A stretch of 64,000 nt of DNA, from contig JBNZDD010013610.1 of NCBI GenBank assembly GCA_050575255.1, positions 1,286,366-1,350,365 on the forward strand. Reading direction: 5' to 3'. The translations under genes were made by a program, and so were the position numbers. This document shows positions 63,791-64,000 of this stretch, piece by piece. How positions within the stretch are numbered: the stretch's first letter is position 1; each line of letters opens with the position of its first letter. Under the pieces are notes generated by a model. It was not told the origin of the DNA. It saw nothing but the letters and a program-made list of their open reading frames with translations, and made no database searches. This DNA is from Harriotta raleighana. Lineage: Eukaryota.

Positions 63791-64000
63791 ATCTTTTGTG
63801 TCACATGAACAATCATTGAAGTTGACTGAGGTGAGACATCGAATATTCATATGCAGAAATCCATCATATAAATAGTTCATGATTAAGCATTTATTCAGTG
63901 TTTCTCTGACACCGGGTGCATTGAGCATCATTTTCTTCCCGGTTATATTGGTCGACCAGTGAGTATCCCTAATCTGAACCAAAGATACAATCTGAATGTG

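Noticed and set aside
1-64000. Prokaryotic or phage system, operon or CRISPR array
   Set aside because: No long ORFs, no gene-dense organisation and no regularly spaced repeat-spacer array. The recurring ~60-100 bp motif is a dispersed SINE tail in both orientations.

Overview
AT-rich, CpG-depleted vertebrate non-coding DNA, either a large intron or a gene desert. The repeat content suggests a cartilaginous fish, probably a chimaera or elephant-shark-like genome (inference). It comprises tRNA-headed DeuSINE-type SINEs with L2-derived (TTA)n tails, L2 and CR1 3' ends, and shark-like MITEs. I found no intact gene, true tRNA/rRNA gene, recognisable miRNA, CRISPR array or prokaryotic system; nearly all listed ORFs are chance or repeat-derived. 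Contents: (1) about 30 SINE/LINE fragments; (2) a heavily decayed minus-strand tyrosine-recombinase retrotransposon (Ngaro/DIRS-like, RT-RNaseH-YR) at ~0.9-2.5 kb; (3) a ~14 kb SINE-free block (21.7-36.0 kb) and other blocks that look like conserved non-coding enhancer clusters; (4) several + strand splice-site-bounded exon candidates of an unidentified transcript; (5) a 319-bp MITE with perfect 13-bp TIRs carrying an NRF1 palindrome, beside a poly-C tract and N gap; (6) a tRNA-Leu-headed Pol III-like element, an unnamed palindromic repeat family and a recent 78-bp dispersed duplication. Family assignments come from motif recognition by eye, not database searches, and repeat boundaries are approximate.
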